Source: Eledone cirrhosa
Taxonomy: Eukaryota
Length of the DNA: 64,000 nucleotides
Direction of reading: 5' to 3'
Assembly (NCBI GenBank): GCA_964016885.1
Contig: OZ024740.1
Span: 334,800,001-334,864,000, forward strand
The translations under genes and the position numbers were made by a program. The notes below the pieces were generated by a model. It had not been told where the DNA came from. It ran no database searches and saw only the letters and a program-made list of their open reading frames with translations. Of this stretch, positions 63,750-64,000 are shown one piece after another (position 1 is the stretch's first letter; each line of letters starts with the position of its first letter).

Positions 63750-64000
63750 ATGTTTGAGAGGGAGAGGGAGAGATAGGGGTAAATGCCCGGGCGTGTCGCC
63801 TAGCGGTTTCGGCTGGTATTCCGAAAATCCTTTTCAATTGTGTACTGTGGTATGAATATTTTTCTCAAATTTATGTACCAAGCCGTTTGGTGGAATGCGT
63901 GGAATTAGGTCATTTTCTGCCTTGGTCAGCGAATGGTGTTAGCTTACGCCCAGATGTGTCATTGTGAAAATTTGGCAAGGGAATATTGTACTGAGCTAAG

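Overview
AT-rich, microsatellite-dense animal genomic DNA. The repeat content looks cephalopod/octopus-like; this is inference from recall and was not verified. I found no intact host gene. The only long intact ORF (6152-9544, minus, 1130 aa) belongs to an apparently full-length R4/Dong-clade non-LTR retrotransposon (RT + CCHC + PD-(D/E)xK endonuclease). It sits in a (TAA)n array together with five more co-oriented R4/Dong fragments. The rest is a mosaic of Penelope-like elements, two Helitrons, RTE and L1/Tx1-like remnants, a bipartite non-autonomous RTE derivative, two tRNA-headed SINE families, mariner-type MITEs and several fold-back palindromes lodged in (TA)n tracts. Seven hammerhead-ribozyme motifs can be read directly, several with a family-specific palindromic stem III and fixed core variants. 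Manual translation across stops and frameshifts in the apparently empty AT-rich spacers also suggests a dispersed set of heavily decayed, intronless class A (rhodopsin-like) GPCR pseudogenes; this needs frameshift-aware HMM confirmation. All calls come from reading by eye and many boundaries are approximate.
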